Positions 1 to 12,262 are shown, numbered from the stretch's first letter. The stretch: 64,000 bases of DNA from Eledone cirrhosa (GCA_964016885.1 OZ024741.1:117738001-117802000); one strand, 5' to 3'. Notes: generated by a model not told the origin, from the letters alone. A program made the numbers and translations.

Positions 1-372
1 AGGGTCGGACGCCATGCTTTCTAGCATAGTTACGTCCCTTTACAGTCTGAGTTCAAATCCCGCCAAGGTTAACTTTGCCTTTTATCCTTACGGGGTCGAT
101 AGAATAAAGTACCAGTAATGCACTGGGTAATTGCTGGCCTTGTGCCTAAAGTAGAAACAATTATTGTTGTTGATAGGCGGTAGATTGGCAGTATCGGTAG
201 AGGGTCGGACGCCATGCTTTGACGCATAGAGTTACAGCCCTTGCAATTCTGAGTTCAAATCCCACCGAGGTTAACTTTGCCTTTCATCCTTATGTGGTCG
301 ATAAAATAAAGTACCAGTAATACACTGGGTATTTGCTGGCCTTGTGCCAAAAATAGAAACAATTATTATTAT
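1..372 (+). mobile_element. Two tandem copies of a ~190-bp tRNA-derived SINE (1-165 partial, 176-372)
   Basis: Box A-like TGGCAGTATCGG and box B-like GAGTTCAAATCC, body 'gaggttaactttgcctttcatcc...gtaccagta', (ATT)n tail; more than 10 copies in the window. Confidence 0.8.
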
Positions 373-624
373 TGTTGTTGTTGTTAGATTAGTGTATTGA
401 CAGAATTGCTAGAGCATTAGAAAAAATGCTTTGGAGTATTTCTGTAGCCAAGGGTTCTTTATACTTAGCCCCTGGCTAATATTTTTGCCACAATAAATAA
501 TGCACAAGGACCCCAGTGAAATTTTCAGCCAGGGTCCCCATGCAAGCTTAATCCTGGCTGTTGAAGTAAATTTACTGAAACTAAAAATTGCTTGTCAAAT
601 AAGAAACAAAAACAATAATAATAA

Positions 625-987
625 TTTCTAATTTAGGCATAAGGTCAGCAATTTAGGAGAAGAGAAAGTTGATTAGATTGACCACAGTACTTAATTGGTA
701 CTTTATTTTATTGATCTTAGAATGGTGAAAGGCAAAGTTGACCTTAATGGGATTTGAACTCAGAATGTAAAGAGTTGGAAGAAATACTCCAAAGCATCTT
801 TTCTAATGCTCTAGCAATTCTGTCAATACACTAATCTAACAACAACAACAATAATAATAATTGTTTCTATTTTTGGCACAAGGCCAGCAAATACCCAGTG
901 TATTACTGGTACTTTATTTTATCGACCACATAAGGATGAAAGGCAAAGTTAACCTCGGCGGGATTTGAACTCAGAATTGCAAGGGCC
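625..987 (-). mobile_element. Same SINE family, minus-strand copies (625-815, 860-987)
   Basis: Reverse complement of the SINE consensus (gaaaggcaaagttaacctcggcgggatttgaactcag). Confidence 0.75.
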
Positions 988-1228
988 CAGTCTGCCATTA
1001 TCCCACATCCCACCCAACAGAGTATGTATTGATGGTAGTTTCACATATCCGTGCACTTCTGTGTCTAGAAACCTAACATCCATCCCAAAGATCTGAATTT
1101 GTACCTCAATGTGGCAAAATTAACCCTTCGTTACCATACCTCTAGCAAAAAAAAAAAAACATTGCTTATGATTTTCAAATAATTTTGAAAATAATCAAAA
1201 CTTTGGAGAGATCTAGTAATATAACTAA

Positions 1229-1587
1229 CTTTCTCATTGTTAAGCTGTTGTTTGAAACATAACTTGAATTTATGATGGAAGGTTTTTAGATAATTATAAA
1301 CATCTCAAATCTTTCTCATTATTAAGTTGGTGTTTAAAACATGACTTAACAAAGAGTTTTACATAAAATTATGATGGAAGGTTCTTAGATAAATATAAAC
1401 ACTTTAAAACGTTTTCATTAAGTTGGCGTCTGGAACATAACTTAACAAAGAGTTTTACATAAAATTATTATGGAAGGTTTCTAGATAAATATAAACACTT
1501 TAAAACTTTTTCATTAAGTTGGTGTTTGGAACATAATTTAACAAAGAGTCTTACATAAAATTATGATGGAAGGTTTTTAGATAAATA
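1229..1587. repeat. ~95-100-bp AT-rich minisatellite, about 4 units
   Basis: Repeated 'cattaagttggtgtt..aacataacttaacaaagagttttacataaaattatgatggaagg..tagataaatataaacactttaaa'. Confidence 0.85.
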
Positions 1588-2201
1588 CTAGCAGAATGGC
1601 CCAGCGTTGCTCGAGATTTGCTCTAGGGTTCTTATATATTTGATATATATTTATCCTTATCGAGCCTCATGAAATAAATACGTTTGTTTATATTTTGTTA
1701 TTGTGTATGCAAAAATATCTGTACACAAATATATAATTATATATATATATATATATATAAATAACAGATTAAAGTTTAAGCAAAGAATCGCTACTTTCAC
1801 CCTTAACGGGATCTTCTGAAACTAAAAAAATCAATCTGTGAATGCAGAAGTAAATATTTCGAAAAACGTTACACACTATATATATATATACACACGCACA
1901 CACACACACCGTGTCATAATGCCATAATGCAGACAGCTAGGCATACAGACAGGTATTATAAGGGCGCAACGTTATATCTATGTATCTATCTAAAAAGAGA
2001 AAGACTAAGAATTATAGAGAGAGATCGCTAAATCACCTAATGCGGTCCGTAGGGCATTGAAATTTTGAAATCCTTTTTGCTCAAAACACTCACAGAACCA
2101 TAAGTATTACATGTGTAAAGTTTGAAAACAATCGGTTGGGTGGTTCTCGAGTTTTAGTGATCAGACAGACAGACATACCTTCTCTGTTTTAGATATAGAG
2201 A
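1588..2201 (-). mobile_element. Non-autonomous Helitron
   Basis: Minus strand runs 5'-TC...CTAG-3', inserted between A and T with no TSD; subterminal GC-rich hairpin-like motif; removing it restores the minisatellite unit tagataaata|taaacacttt. Confidence 0.8.
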
Positions 2202-2573
2202 TAAACACTTTAAATGAACAGCTTTGTATTGTAGAATCACTTTCAAGCAGTTTGGTATCAAAAGGGTTAAATATTTTGGTCATCTATAAAGCATTGACAA
2301 AAGTTTAAAATAAGACTTTAATATATGGAACATTCAAGTAGTTTCTTTTGTATTGTTTTGTTTTTTTTAGTTTTTTTTTCATTTGTTTTACTGTTATACT
2401 GACTTTTTTTACTGTTAAATTGTTTTTCTGTTTTTTTGTATAGATCACTTGAGTTTGGAATGATATACGTCATACTGAATCATTATTTGGAAGAAGCTCT
2501 TATAGATATAAAGAGAGAGAGAAAGAGAATCAGAAACACACACATACACACTCATCTAGCCAAGAATTAGTGA

Positions 2574-2611
<38 letters not shown>

Positions 2612-3029
2612 TAAAAAACAAAACACAAAAACAAAGAGTGCAGTCACCCACTGAGGAAATGTTTTGTTCTATTTTTTATCTATTTTCTATTATAGGTTGT
2701 GTAATCATATTATAGGACGTGCAATCATATGATCATATTTAAAAATAGATTCTTTTACAGAAAATCTCTTCAAATATATTCCATGAAAGGGTAAAACAAA
2801 TAATAATTGCCCTCTGCCAAATCAGGATGATGATATCATGCCTGAAGAAGAAGGCCCTTGAGGTGGAATGGTTGGATGTTCTCCACGGCAACACTTTCTC
2901 CATATTGTCCACCATAGAGTGCAGCTGAGATATACTGTCCAGCTAAGAGTGCAGGGCAGTGGTTCCTAACCGTTTAACTACTAACAACCCACTTTTATTT
3001 GAATGAATTCCCCCTCCCAGCTTATTCTG

Positions 3030-3760
3030 TGATTACTCTCCTCCTAAATTGTTATAACGTGATCTGATCAATTCTTAAGGCGTTGCCTAGTTTCCACAAG
3101 TGCAAAATTCTCAGGGAATTGGTTTGATGCCCTGCCCATAACCAAATTGGTGATCTACTCTGTCTGAATGAGCTCTGCATTCCATTGCATTTAGAGTGGG
3201 AGTTGATGTCTGTGGGAGACTGAAATGTTGCTGTAGTAGCTCCTCGACTCCACAGGTTTTCATGGTTTGTTGTGCATCCTGAATGCTGATCGTTTTGTTC
3301 ACCATACCATGCTAAACTTAATTATTAAGCAAGCCCTCCTGGCTCAGGTAAATATCCTTTCAAATCTGGAGCCAGTTGGGCTGTCCAGAATTGATGGGAA
3401 GAGACCAGATGGGTAAGAGGTAGATGTCTCATTTGGGATGTCACAGTCAGTGACTCTTTTGCTCCTTCTCACATCCTGGATGCTGTGGAGAGAAGGTCAC
3501 TGCTTCCATACCTGAACAGAATAAAATTTCAAAATACTGAGAATTATCAACAAACTATTTTTTTCAGCCTGTGGCATTTGAGACATTTGGAGGAGCTGGG
3601 CGACTTAACAACGAAGTTCTTGTCATCACTGGCAGCTCACCTTACTAAGACATCCGGCGATTCCTATGAAGGTGCTTAGTTGTTCCAGTACCTTAGCTTC
3701 ACTATCACCTGTGGTAATGTTGCGAGTCTGTTGGCTTGTCTCAAAAAGTATTTGAGGAAG
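3030..3760 (+). pseudogene. Decayed CRE-like non-LTR retrotransposon C-terminus (zinc knuckle + restriction-like endonuclease)
   Basis: Frameshifted motifs SGNWFDALPI, DSTGFHGLLC, LEPVGLSRIDGKRPDG, WDVTVSDSFAPSH, PVAFETFGG. Confidence 0.6.
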
Positions 3761-3980
3761 GTTCCAGTAACCCTTGTGGTGTGTGACTAATTGTTATTCT
3801 TAATATTATCTTTTGTTTTGCTTCTATATTTTCATATGAAATATGTAATTAAGTCATAGAGATATATCTGTGTATGTGTTGAATCTTGACAGCTATGACC
3901 TTTGTAATTTCAAGCTATCTATATTATCAGCATATTTGTTTGGGAAAAAAACGTGAACTTTGCTATTATGTAATTTCAAG

Positions 3981-5006
3981 TACTTGGAGAAAGTCTTTGA
4001 CAGAATCCCCCCCCCCCGCACCATTATCTGGTGGGCCCTTAGAAAACTAGGTGTTGATGAATGGCTTGTGAGAGCTATACAAGCCATGTATAAAGAAACA
4101 GTCAGCAAGGTTAGAATTAACAACGAATATAGTGAAGAATTTACCGTAAAAGTTGGTGTTCATCAGGGCTCTGTCCTTAGCCCCCTCCTATTTATTATTG
4201 CCCTTCAGGCTTTAACAGAGGAGTTCAAGACCGGCTGCCCATGGGAACTTCTATATGCAGATGATCTAACGCTCATAGCTGAATCGATGGCTGAACTAGA
4301 GAAAAAATTCCAAACATTGAAGCATAGCCTAGAATCAAAAGGCCTTAAAGTTAACTTGTATAAGACTAAAGTTCTAGTATGTAGGAAGGAAAATAGGGCA
4401 CAGGTTCCCTCTGGGAAATGGCCATGCTCAGTGTGTAGGAAAGGAGTAGGCAGAAATTCCATTTTATGTCCCAAATGCAAAGTATGGGTACATAAAAGAT
4501 GTAGTAGGATCACAGGTAAGCTATCTAAGAACGTAGATTTTATATGTGGCCGGTGCTCAGGTGCAATAATTAGCAAGCGCCCACAGAGACTACCTCCTTC
4601 TATTGCCCAGATGGTTCTATAGAAATAGTGGACACCTTCCGTTACCTGGGTGACAAAATCAGCAGTAGTGGTGGGTGCTCTGAAAGTACAGTAGCCAGAG
4701 TCAGAACGAGAGGGAAAAAGTTCAGAGAGCTTATACCACTATTGGCCACTAAAGGTTTCTCTCTAAAAATGAAAGGCAGACTGTATGATGCCTGCATACG
4801 AACAACAATGTTACATGACAGTGAGACATGGGCATTGTGTGCAGAGGATCTGTGCAGACTGGAGAGGAACGAAGCATGCTTGCTCCGCTGGATGTGTAGT
4901 AGTAATATACGTGAACGGCAAAGCATAAATGAAATAAGTGAAAAATTAGGAATAAGAGGGATCAGATGTTGTTTACTCGAGAGAAGACTACGTTGGTATG
5001 GTCACC
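3981..5006 (+). mobile_element. RTE-clade LINE fragment (RT, PHD-like finger, thumb), frameshifted
   Basis: ORFs 3960-4622 and 4628-5092: GVHQGSVLSPLLF, LYADDL, FRYLG, ERRLRWYGH. Confidence 0.9.
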
Positions 5007-5761
5007 TTTGTGTATCACACTCCTTTTTCTATCTCTCCTTTTTAAAAATATGTCATGTAATTATGTTAAAAATAGAGAATATTCAAAAGTAAAACAAGAA
5101 AAAAAAAACCCTCAGGAGAAAAGGTTTTTTGTTTTTTAATAAACATGTTTAAGGCAAAATATTAGGACATAATAATTGTTTCTACTTTTGGCACAAGGCC
5201 AGCAATAACCCAGTACATTACTGGTACTTTATTTTATCAACCTCGTAAGGATGAAAGGCAAAGTTAACCTCGGCGGGATTTGAACTCAGATCGTAAAGGG
5301 ACGTAACTGTGCTGGAAAGCATGTCTGACCCTCTACCGATACTGCCAATTCAGGACAAAAGTACTCTTAGTGCAAAATATTCAAAATGGTGGTGGAAATA
5401 GATTTTAGGAACACCTTGGGCACTTAACTCCTGATGGAGTTGTAAGAGTGATGTCATGACATACATGTTGGATATTTTAAACTTGGTGAAACCCATCCCT
5501 ATCCAGGACTGAACAAATTTGATTTCTTCCAATGAAGGAGAAAGTGAGAAAGAGTGGCAAATGGAGTCACTGTGGGCACTAACATATTTAAAGTAGTTGG
5601 CCAAGAAATTTTAATTAATTAAAATTACACTTTTGACATTCAGAACAAATCATTATCTAAGGACTAAATCTGGTAAAAAAATCATTATCAAAAGGACTAA
5701 ATCTGGTAAAAAAACAAAAAACAAAAAAAAACAGGAGAGTCAATCCTCAAATTTCAATTAA
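5004..5761. repeat. Left arm of a ~560-bp inverted repeat (partner 9008-9568), interrupted by a SINE at ~5172-5350
   Basis: Near-identical reverse complement of 9008-9568; the SINE is absent from the right arm. Confidence 0.9.
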
Positions 5762-5788
5762 TTGAATTTAAAATGTAACAGGTGACAC

Positions 5789-6003
5789 TGATTTGGCAGA
5801 GTCATTAAAACATCAGATAAAATGCTTTGCAGTATGGCTTTCTGTTCTTTCTACCGAGGTCAATTTTGCCTTTCATCTATTCAAGTTCAATAAAAAAAAA
5901 AGTACCAGTCTAGTATTAGGGTTGATACTTCCTCTATATCTCTTTCTGACTTTCATTCTATCATCTTCTCTGGAAGAAATCTGCTGTATTCAGATCTGGA
6001 GAG
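5789..6003 (+). mobile_element. SINE subfamily copy (similar copies at 7969-8212 and ~60015-60210)
   Basis: tRNA-like head, 'gtaccagtctagta', tail 'ctctggaagaaatctg'. Confidence 0.65.
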
Positions 6004-6754
6004 GAGATGGGCTCTGCCAGGTTTAAAAATACCCTAGTAATGCTGTATTTCATTACTACACCCCTATGGCTCCCTCGGGAGTTATGGGACCATACATACA
6101 ATGTAATAAGGAGATTTGGCTACTATTTCCAGTAGCTCAAGCAACCACTTAGTAATCCTACTCTTTGACCCAACTGAACAACAATCTTTGCAAATTCAGA
6201 GATTCACTATTGCCACATTTTCTGTTTGAATCAATCTGATGATATCATTCAGCAGCTTCTACATTTTTATATTTTAATTCCATTCACAGATGTGTTCAAG
6301 AAAAATTTATAAAGAATATTCACAAATATCCGATGAAGTATTCTAGGATAACATTCAAATGTAATAGGTATGCTATAATAAAATTTCATAGATTCAGCTA
6401 TCCCTATCGTAGACTAATTGTCTGGAATCATTTTGTGTGCAAAGATGCAACTATTTCAGACTAAAAAAAATATTTTAAAATATATTAAATAAATTTTTGA
6501 TAAAATATAAAATTACTTTTCATAAAGTGTTCCTTTTACAAGCCATCCTGAAAAGATGAAAGTTTTTTTTACTATAATCCTTCTCGGTGGTCTCACTAAC
6601 CTGATTAGCACATTCTCAATAATGAACCACTTCATTCTATTCCTAAGAACTTTTTATTCTCTTCTTTGTAAATAGTGTATCATACTTTTTTCCTTTATGC
6701 ACCTTTTTTACATTTCAAATTTATAAACACCTAGTGAAATAAATAATAATAATC

Positions 6755-6965
6755 ATTTCTAGTATAGGCACAAGGCCAATAATTTGGGAGGAGGGAAAGT
6801 CGATTAAATCGACCCCAGTACGTTACTGGTGCTTTATTTTTTCGACCCAGTAAGGATGAAAGGCAAAGTTAACCTCGGCGGTATTTGAACTCAGACCATA
6901 AAGAACTGTAACTCTAAGCTGCAAAGCATGGTGTCCAACTCTACCGATACTGCCAATACCGCCCT
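6755..6965 (-). mobile_element. tRNA-derived SINE
   Basis: Matches the window SINE consensus. Confidence 0.75.
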
Positions 6966-6975
6966 AATAATAATA

Positions 6976-7005
<30 letters not shown>

Positions 7006-7006
<1 letters not shown>

Positions 7007-7520
7007 ACAATTTACCACATTCTGAGAAGTGGTATGAGCATAAGCCAGAGTCGGTGATAGAAAACGATCAGGTGAAGGTGCTGTGGGATTTTAGGATACA
7101 GACGGACAAGAAACTGGAACACAATAGACCTGCCCTGGTGGTTTTGGACAAGGAAAAAAGATCGTGCCTGATTGTGGATGTGGCCTGCCCATTCGACACG
7201 AAAGTGCAAGAGAAGGAGAGGGAGAAAATTAACCAATACCAGGACTTAAAGTGGGAGGTAAAAAGGATTTGGAACTGCCATGAGGTCAAAGTGGTCCGGA
7301 TTGTCATAGGCGCACTAGGTACTATCTCAAAGAGTTTCCAAGGATGGTTAAAGAAAATTAGTCCAGCCCTGCTTTTTGGAACACTTCAAAAGGCATGCTT
7401 GCTGGGAACAGCAAGAACCCTCCGATACGTCCTGAATATCTGAGGCTGCAGGTAGTGGCTTGATATTCATTTCAACAAACTTTCCAGTGAAATAATATCA
7501 ATGACTGAGACTCAAAGAAC
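7006..7520 (+). mobile_element. 5'-truncated R4/Dong-like LINE (REL endonuclease + 3' UTR) inside (TAA)n
   Basis: KWYEHKPESV..KVLWDF..HNRP..DVACP..KINQYQDLK..IVIGALG; (AAT)n on both sides. Confidence 0.85.
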
Positions 7521-7556
<36 letters not shown>

Positions 7557-8250
7557 CGATTCTTTTATAGGAATATTAAATTGATTCCAGTACTTATCTT
7601 TAACCACCATTTTATTTATCAGCTTGAGAAGGATAATAGTGGATGTACATGGCCTAGTGGTAAGGGTGTTGGACTTACTGGGTTGTGTGTTGTGTTCTTG
7701 AGCAAAACATTTCATTTCATGCTGTTCCAGTATACTCAACGGAGAATCAGTACCAGCAATAGCTGTCCAGTGGGGATGGTCTTGAACTCTCAGCCACTTT
7801 ACGCCACACGGAAACCAGGATAAGCACCGGTCTTTTGAGTTTCCAGGCTCAAAACAGACATTTTTTAGAGAAGCTTTAGAGACAAAACTGATTTGGCAAA
7901 ATTTGAATTCAGTAGACTGAAAGCAGCTTTGTAAAACACTAGACACATACCCATATACCAGGCCCTGGTTGATTGGTAGAGTCATTAAAACGTCAGATAG
8001 AATGCTTTGCAGTATTCAATTTGGCTTTCTGCTCTTTGAGTTCAAATCCCACCGAGGTCAACTTGGCCTATCATCCACTCAAGTTCAATAAAAAAAAAAA
8101 AAAGTACCAGTCTAGTACTAGGGTTGATTCTTCCTCTATATCTCTTTCTCACTTTCATTCTCTCACTTTCTATTCTTCTCTGGAAGAAATCTGTTGTATT
8201 CAAACCTGGGGAGGCAATGTAACTTCTCCTTTGTAGGCTTATAAAAGCGC

Positions 8251-8452
8251 TTTCCTTTGGGGTGAGGTGGGGGACGGTGATAAGCCACTTTCCTTTGGAG
8301 TGGGGTGGGGGACGGCTATAAGCCACTTTCCTTTGGGGTGGGGTGTGGTGGGAGATGGTGGTAAGTCACTTTCCTTTGAGGTGGGGTGGGGGATGGTGGT
8401 AAGTCACTTTCCTTTTGGGTGGGGTGGGGGATGGTGGTAAGTCACTTTCCTT
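8251..8452 (+). repeat. G-rich ~37-40-bp minisatellite, about 5 units
   Basis: tttcctttggggtggggtgggggatggtggtaagtcac repeats. Confidence 0.85.
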
Positions 8453-8869
8453 CTTGCTTTTTTTGCCCAAGTAAGAAGAGACTGACTCTTGTAGCATACC
8501 TCTTCCTTTCCAGGAACCAGCATGACCTCTCTCTGATTATTGATGCCAGCATAACTGCTTATATTCCTCTTACTATGAACGTTATTAGAAACATCATTAT
8601 TTTTTCATTTGTTAATGTCTACTGGTCTGTGACTGGCCACTATGAACCTCCCAGGAACAAATGGAAGAAGAAGTGTCAATGACTGCTGTGTCTGCTTGTT
8701 CAAATATATCCAACTTCGTTTTATTTAGTCTTTTTATTTTAAATAACTTCACATCATCATCATCACAATTAAAAAAAAAAAACACAATTTTATACCACTG
8801 AGTGTGTAACGTGGAGCATTAGAATTTATTAAGCCACAATTACCATTATTAAGCATTTGCGCTAACCAA

Positions 8870-9000
8870 AAACTCACACCGTGGGAAATTGCAAGGGTGG
8901 GACGGGTCCTATTCAACACAGCATCTCTCCATTTGTCACGGTCCTTCATCATCTCCTCCGTGAGCTTCAGTGATCTGAGGTCAACTCTCACCACTTCCGC
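8870..9000 (-). mobile_element. RTE ORF C-terminal fragment
   Basis: EVVRVDLRSLKLTEEMMKDRDKWRDAVLNRTRP aligns with the RTE C-terminus EVIKADLTQLHLSKSMTHDRDFWRHAVIQGTRP. Confidence 0.7.
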
Positions 9001-9007
9001 CTATGGT

Positions 9008-9568
9008 TAATTGAAATTTGAGGATTGACTCTCCTGTTTTTTTGGGGGGGTTTTTTACCAGATTTAGTCCTTTAGATAATGATTTGTTCTTAATGTCAAG
9101 AGTGTAATTTTAATTAATTAAAATTCTAATTAATTAAAATTTCTTGGCCAACTACTTTAAATATGTTAGTGCCCACAGTGACTCCATTTGCCACTCTTTC
9201 TCACTTTCTCTTTCATTGGAAGAAATCAAATTTGTTCAGTCCTGGATAGGGATGGGTTTCACCAAGTTTAAAATATCCAACATGTATGTCATGACATCAC
9301 TCTTATAACTCCATCAGGAGTTAAGTGCCCAAGGTGTTCCTAAAATCTATTTCCAACACCATTTTTAATATTTTGCACTAAGAGTACTTTTGTCCTAATT
9401 ATTATGTCCTAATATTTTGCCTTAAACATGTTTATTAAAAAACAAAAAACCTTTTCTCCTGAGGGTTTTTTTTCTTGTTTTACTTTTGAATATTCTCTAT
9501 TTTTAACATAATTACATGACATATTTTTAAAAAGGAGAGATAGAAAAGGGGGTGTGCTCCACAAAGGT
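9008..9568. repeat. Right arm of the ~560-bp inverted repeat
   Basis: Reverse complement of 5004-5761 minus the SINE. Confidence 0.9.
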
Positions 9569-9584
9569 AGAATTGGGGCTCTCT

Positions 9585-9748
9585 GTACCTGTGATCATTA
9601 GGGCTCTGGGATATTTTACTAACACCTCAATATAAATCTTGATAAGCTGGGCTTCACAAAACCAGAAAGGGTGTGGTTAGTTAGGAAGTTACAAGTACAG
9701 TCCGTTAATGGAACTAAAAATATGTAAAACAATTCAGAAATTTAGCAT
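9585..9748 (+). mobile_element. R4/Dong-like LINE 3' ORF relic
   Basis: Aligns with 33978-34143 (PVIIGALG...LVRKLQVQSINGT). Confidence 0.75.
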
Positions 9749-9832
9749 GGGTCACGCTCACTTAAAATTAAATTTTAAATAATTAAAATATACACAGACA
9801 TGTATATGATGTAAAATGAAATTGGAAGGCCC

Positions 9833-9889
<57 letters not shown>

Positions 9890-9892
9890 CAC

Positions 9893-12262
9893 ACTTGGTG
9901 GTGGAACAATAAGGTAGATGAAGCAGTCAAGGCCAAGAGACAGGCATGGAAAGAATGGAAGAACGGGGGGAGCAGGGTACATTACATAGAGACCAAGAGG
10001 GAAGCTAGGCGACAAGTATACTTAGCTAGGAGGGAAGCAGAGGATAGAAAATTCAAGCATGTTTTACAACGTGAGGACCAGAAACAGGAGGTATTCAAGA
10101 TTGCGAGGCAGTGTGTCAGAGATAGTTGTGATGTCATTGGAGAGAAGTGTATCCGGAATGATAAAGGTGAGCTTGCCCTCACAAGTGCTGAGAAGAAAGA
10201 TGCATGGAAGAGTCATTATGATAGATTACTAAATGAGGAGAATGCATGGGAAGAAGAGACCCTACCCCACGTAGACCCTATAGAGGGACCAGCAGTACAA
10301 GTCAGCGGCACCGTAGTAAGTAAGGCAATCAGAGATATGAAGATAGGGAAGGCAACCGGTCCATCGGGTATAGCTGCCGAGATGCTGAAGGCATCTGGGT
10401 CTGTAGGTCACACTATAACCACACGTATCGTTAACCAGGTAATACTAGAGGGGGCCATACCAAAAGATTGGTGCAGTAGCATCATTGTCAACTGCTACAA
10501 AGGTAAAGGCGATGCACTAGATAGAGTAAACTATAGAGGTATAAAGTTGATGGACCAGGTCATGAAAGTAACAGAAAGAGTTATAGCACAGCTGATTAGG
10601 GACCGGGTGAATATAGACGAGATGCAATTTGGGTTTGTACCAGGGAAAGGCACCACTGATGCCCTCTTCCTTGTGAGGCAATTACAGGAACAGTACCTAG
10701 CTAAAAGTAAGCCACTCTACTTGGCATTTGTCGACCTTGAGAAAGCCTTTGACAGAGTTCCACGTGCAGTAATCTGGTGGGCTCTTAGAAAACTAGGAGT
10801 AGATGAATGGCTTGTGAAAGCGGTACAAGCCATGTATAGGGGAGCAGTCAGCAAAGTTAGGATTGGCAATGAGTATAGCGAGGAATTTAGCGTACAGGTT
10901 GGGGTCCACCAGGGCTCTGTTCTTAGCCTCTCCTGTTCATCATAGTCCTGCAGGCAATAACGGAGGAGTTTAAGACCGGATGCCCATGGGAACTCCTGTA
11001 TGCTGATGACCTCGCACTCATAGCTGAATCTATGGTAGAACTAGAGAATAAATTCCAAACCTGGAAGCAGGGACTAGAGAGAAAGGGCCTCAAAGTCAAC
11101 ATGACAAAGACTAAGGTCCTTATAAGTAGACGAGAAAACAGAACCCAGATCCCCTCAGGGAAATGGCCTTGCTCAGTATGTAGGAAAGGTGTAGGTAGGA
11201 ACTCCATTCTCTGCCCCAAATGCAAACAATGGGTACACAAGAGATGTAGCGGGATCTCAGGAAGCTTAATTAAGAATGTAGGATTCACATGCAGCAGCTG
11301 TGCTGAAACAGCAAGCAAACAGCCACAGGAAACAAGTACCACCAATCTCTGGGAGGGCCCTGTAGAAACAGTAGACAGCTTCTGCTACCTAGGTGACCGA
11401 ATTAGCAACGGAGGTGGGTGCTCAGAAAGTACAATAACTAGGGTAAGAACGGGATGGAAGAAGTTTAGGGAACTACTACCACTGCTAGCTGCAAAAGGCT
11501 TCTCCCTCAGAATGAAAGGCAGACTGTATGATGCGTGTATCCGAACAGCGATGTTGCATGGTAGTGAGACCTGGGCGCTGAAGGTGGAAGACTTACGTAG
11601 ATTAGAGAGAAACGAAGCCTGCATGCTCCGATGGATGTGTAACAGTAATATACGTGAACGACAAAGCATAAAGGAATTGAGAGAGAGACTGAGCATAAGA
11701 GGAATCAAATGCTGCGTGCAGGAGAGGCGGTTACGCTGGTATGGACATGTGATGCGTATGAAGGATGATAGCTGCATAAAAAGGTGCAGAGCACTAGAAG
11801 TTGATGGAAACCGCGGAGTGGGGAGACCCAAGATGACTTGGGATGAGGTGATAAAAGCCGACCTTACCCAACTACACCTCTCAAAGTCAATGACACACGA
11901 CCGTGACTTCTGGCGTCACGCAGTAATACAGGGTACCCGACCTCCCATGGGTACATGCTGAAGCATATAAACAATATGCCCCCCCCCCCACCGCAAGGTG
12001 GTCGTGGAGGTGCCACGGCAAAAAAGCACCCAGCCCACACTGTAAAGTGGACGTGTAGGCGCCACGAAAAAGCACCCAGCACTCACTGTAAATGAGGTTG
12101 GTGTTAGGAAGGGCATCCAGCTGTAGAAATCAAGCCAGATCAGTTCCTGTATGAGCAAGGCATGGTCAGCCGACCAGACACTGCCCACAACAGGACAACC
12201 CGTCTAACCCATGCTAGCGTGGAAGAACGGACGTAAAACGGTGATGATGATGATGATGATGA
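9893..12262 (+). mobile_element. 5'-truncated RTE LINE, one frameshift, 3' UTR and (GAT)n tail, inside (TA)n
   Basis: ORFs 9857-10945 and 11032-11961: NYRGIKL, QFGF, FVDLEKAFDRV, QGSVLS, YADD; flanked by (TA)n. Confidence 0.95.

Noticed and set aside
176-260. tRNA genes at box A/box B motifs (also ~37700)
   Set aside because: No cloverleaf; they continue into SINE bodies and are multicopy
2444-2570. Possible terminal exon after a T-rich tract and AG (SLEFGMIYVILNHYLEEAL...)
   Set aside because: Short, no recognisable homology and no partner exon in the window
4205-4926. Antisense ORFs over the RTE, Tx1 and R4 coding regions
   Set aside because: Shadow frames of retrotransposon ORFs with no independent motifs
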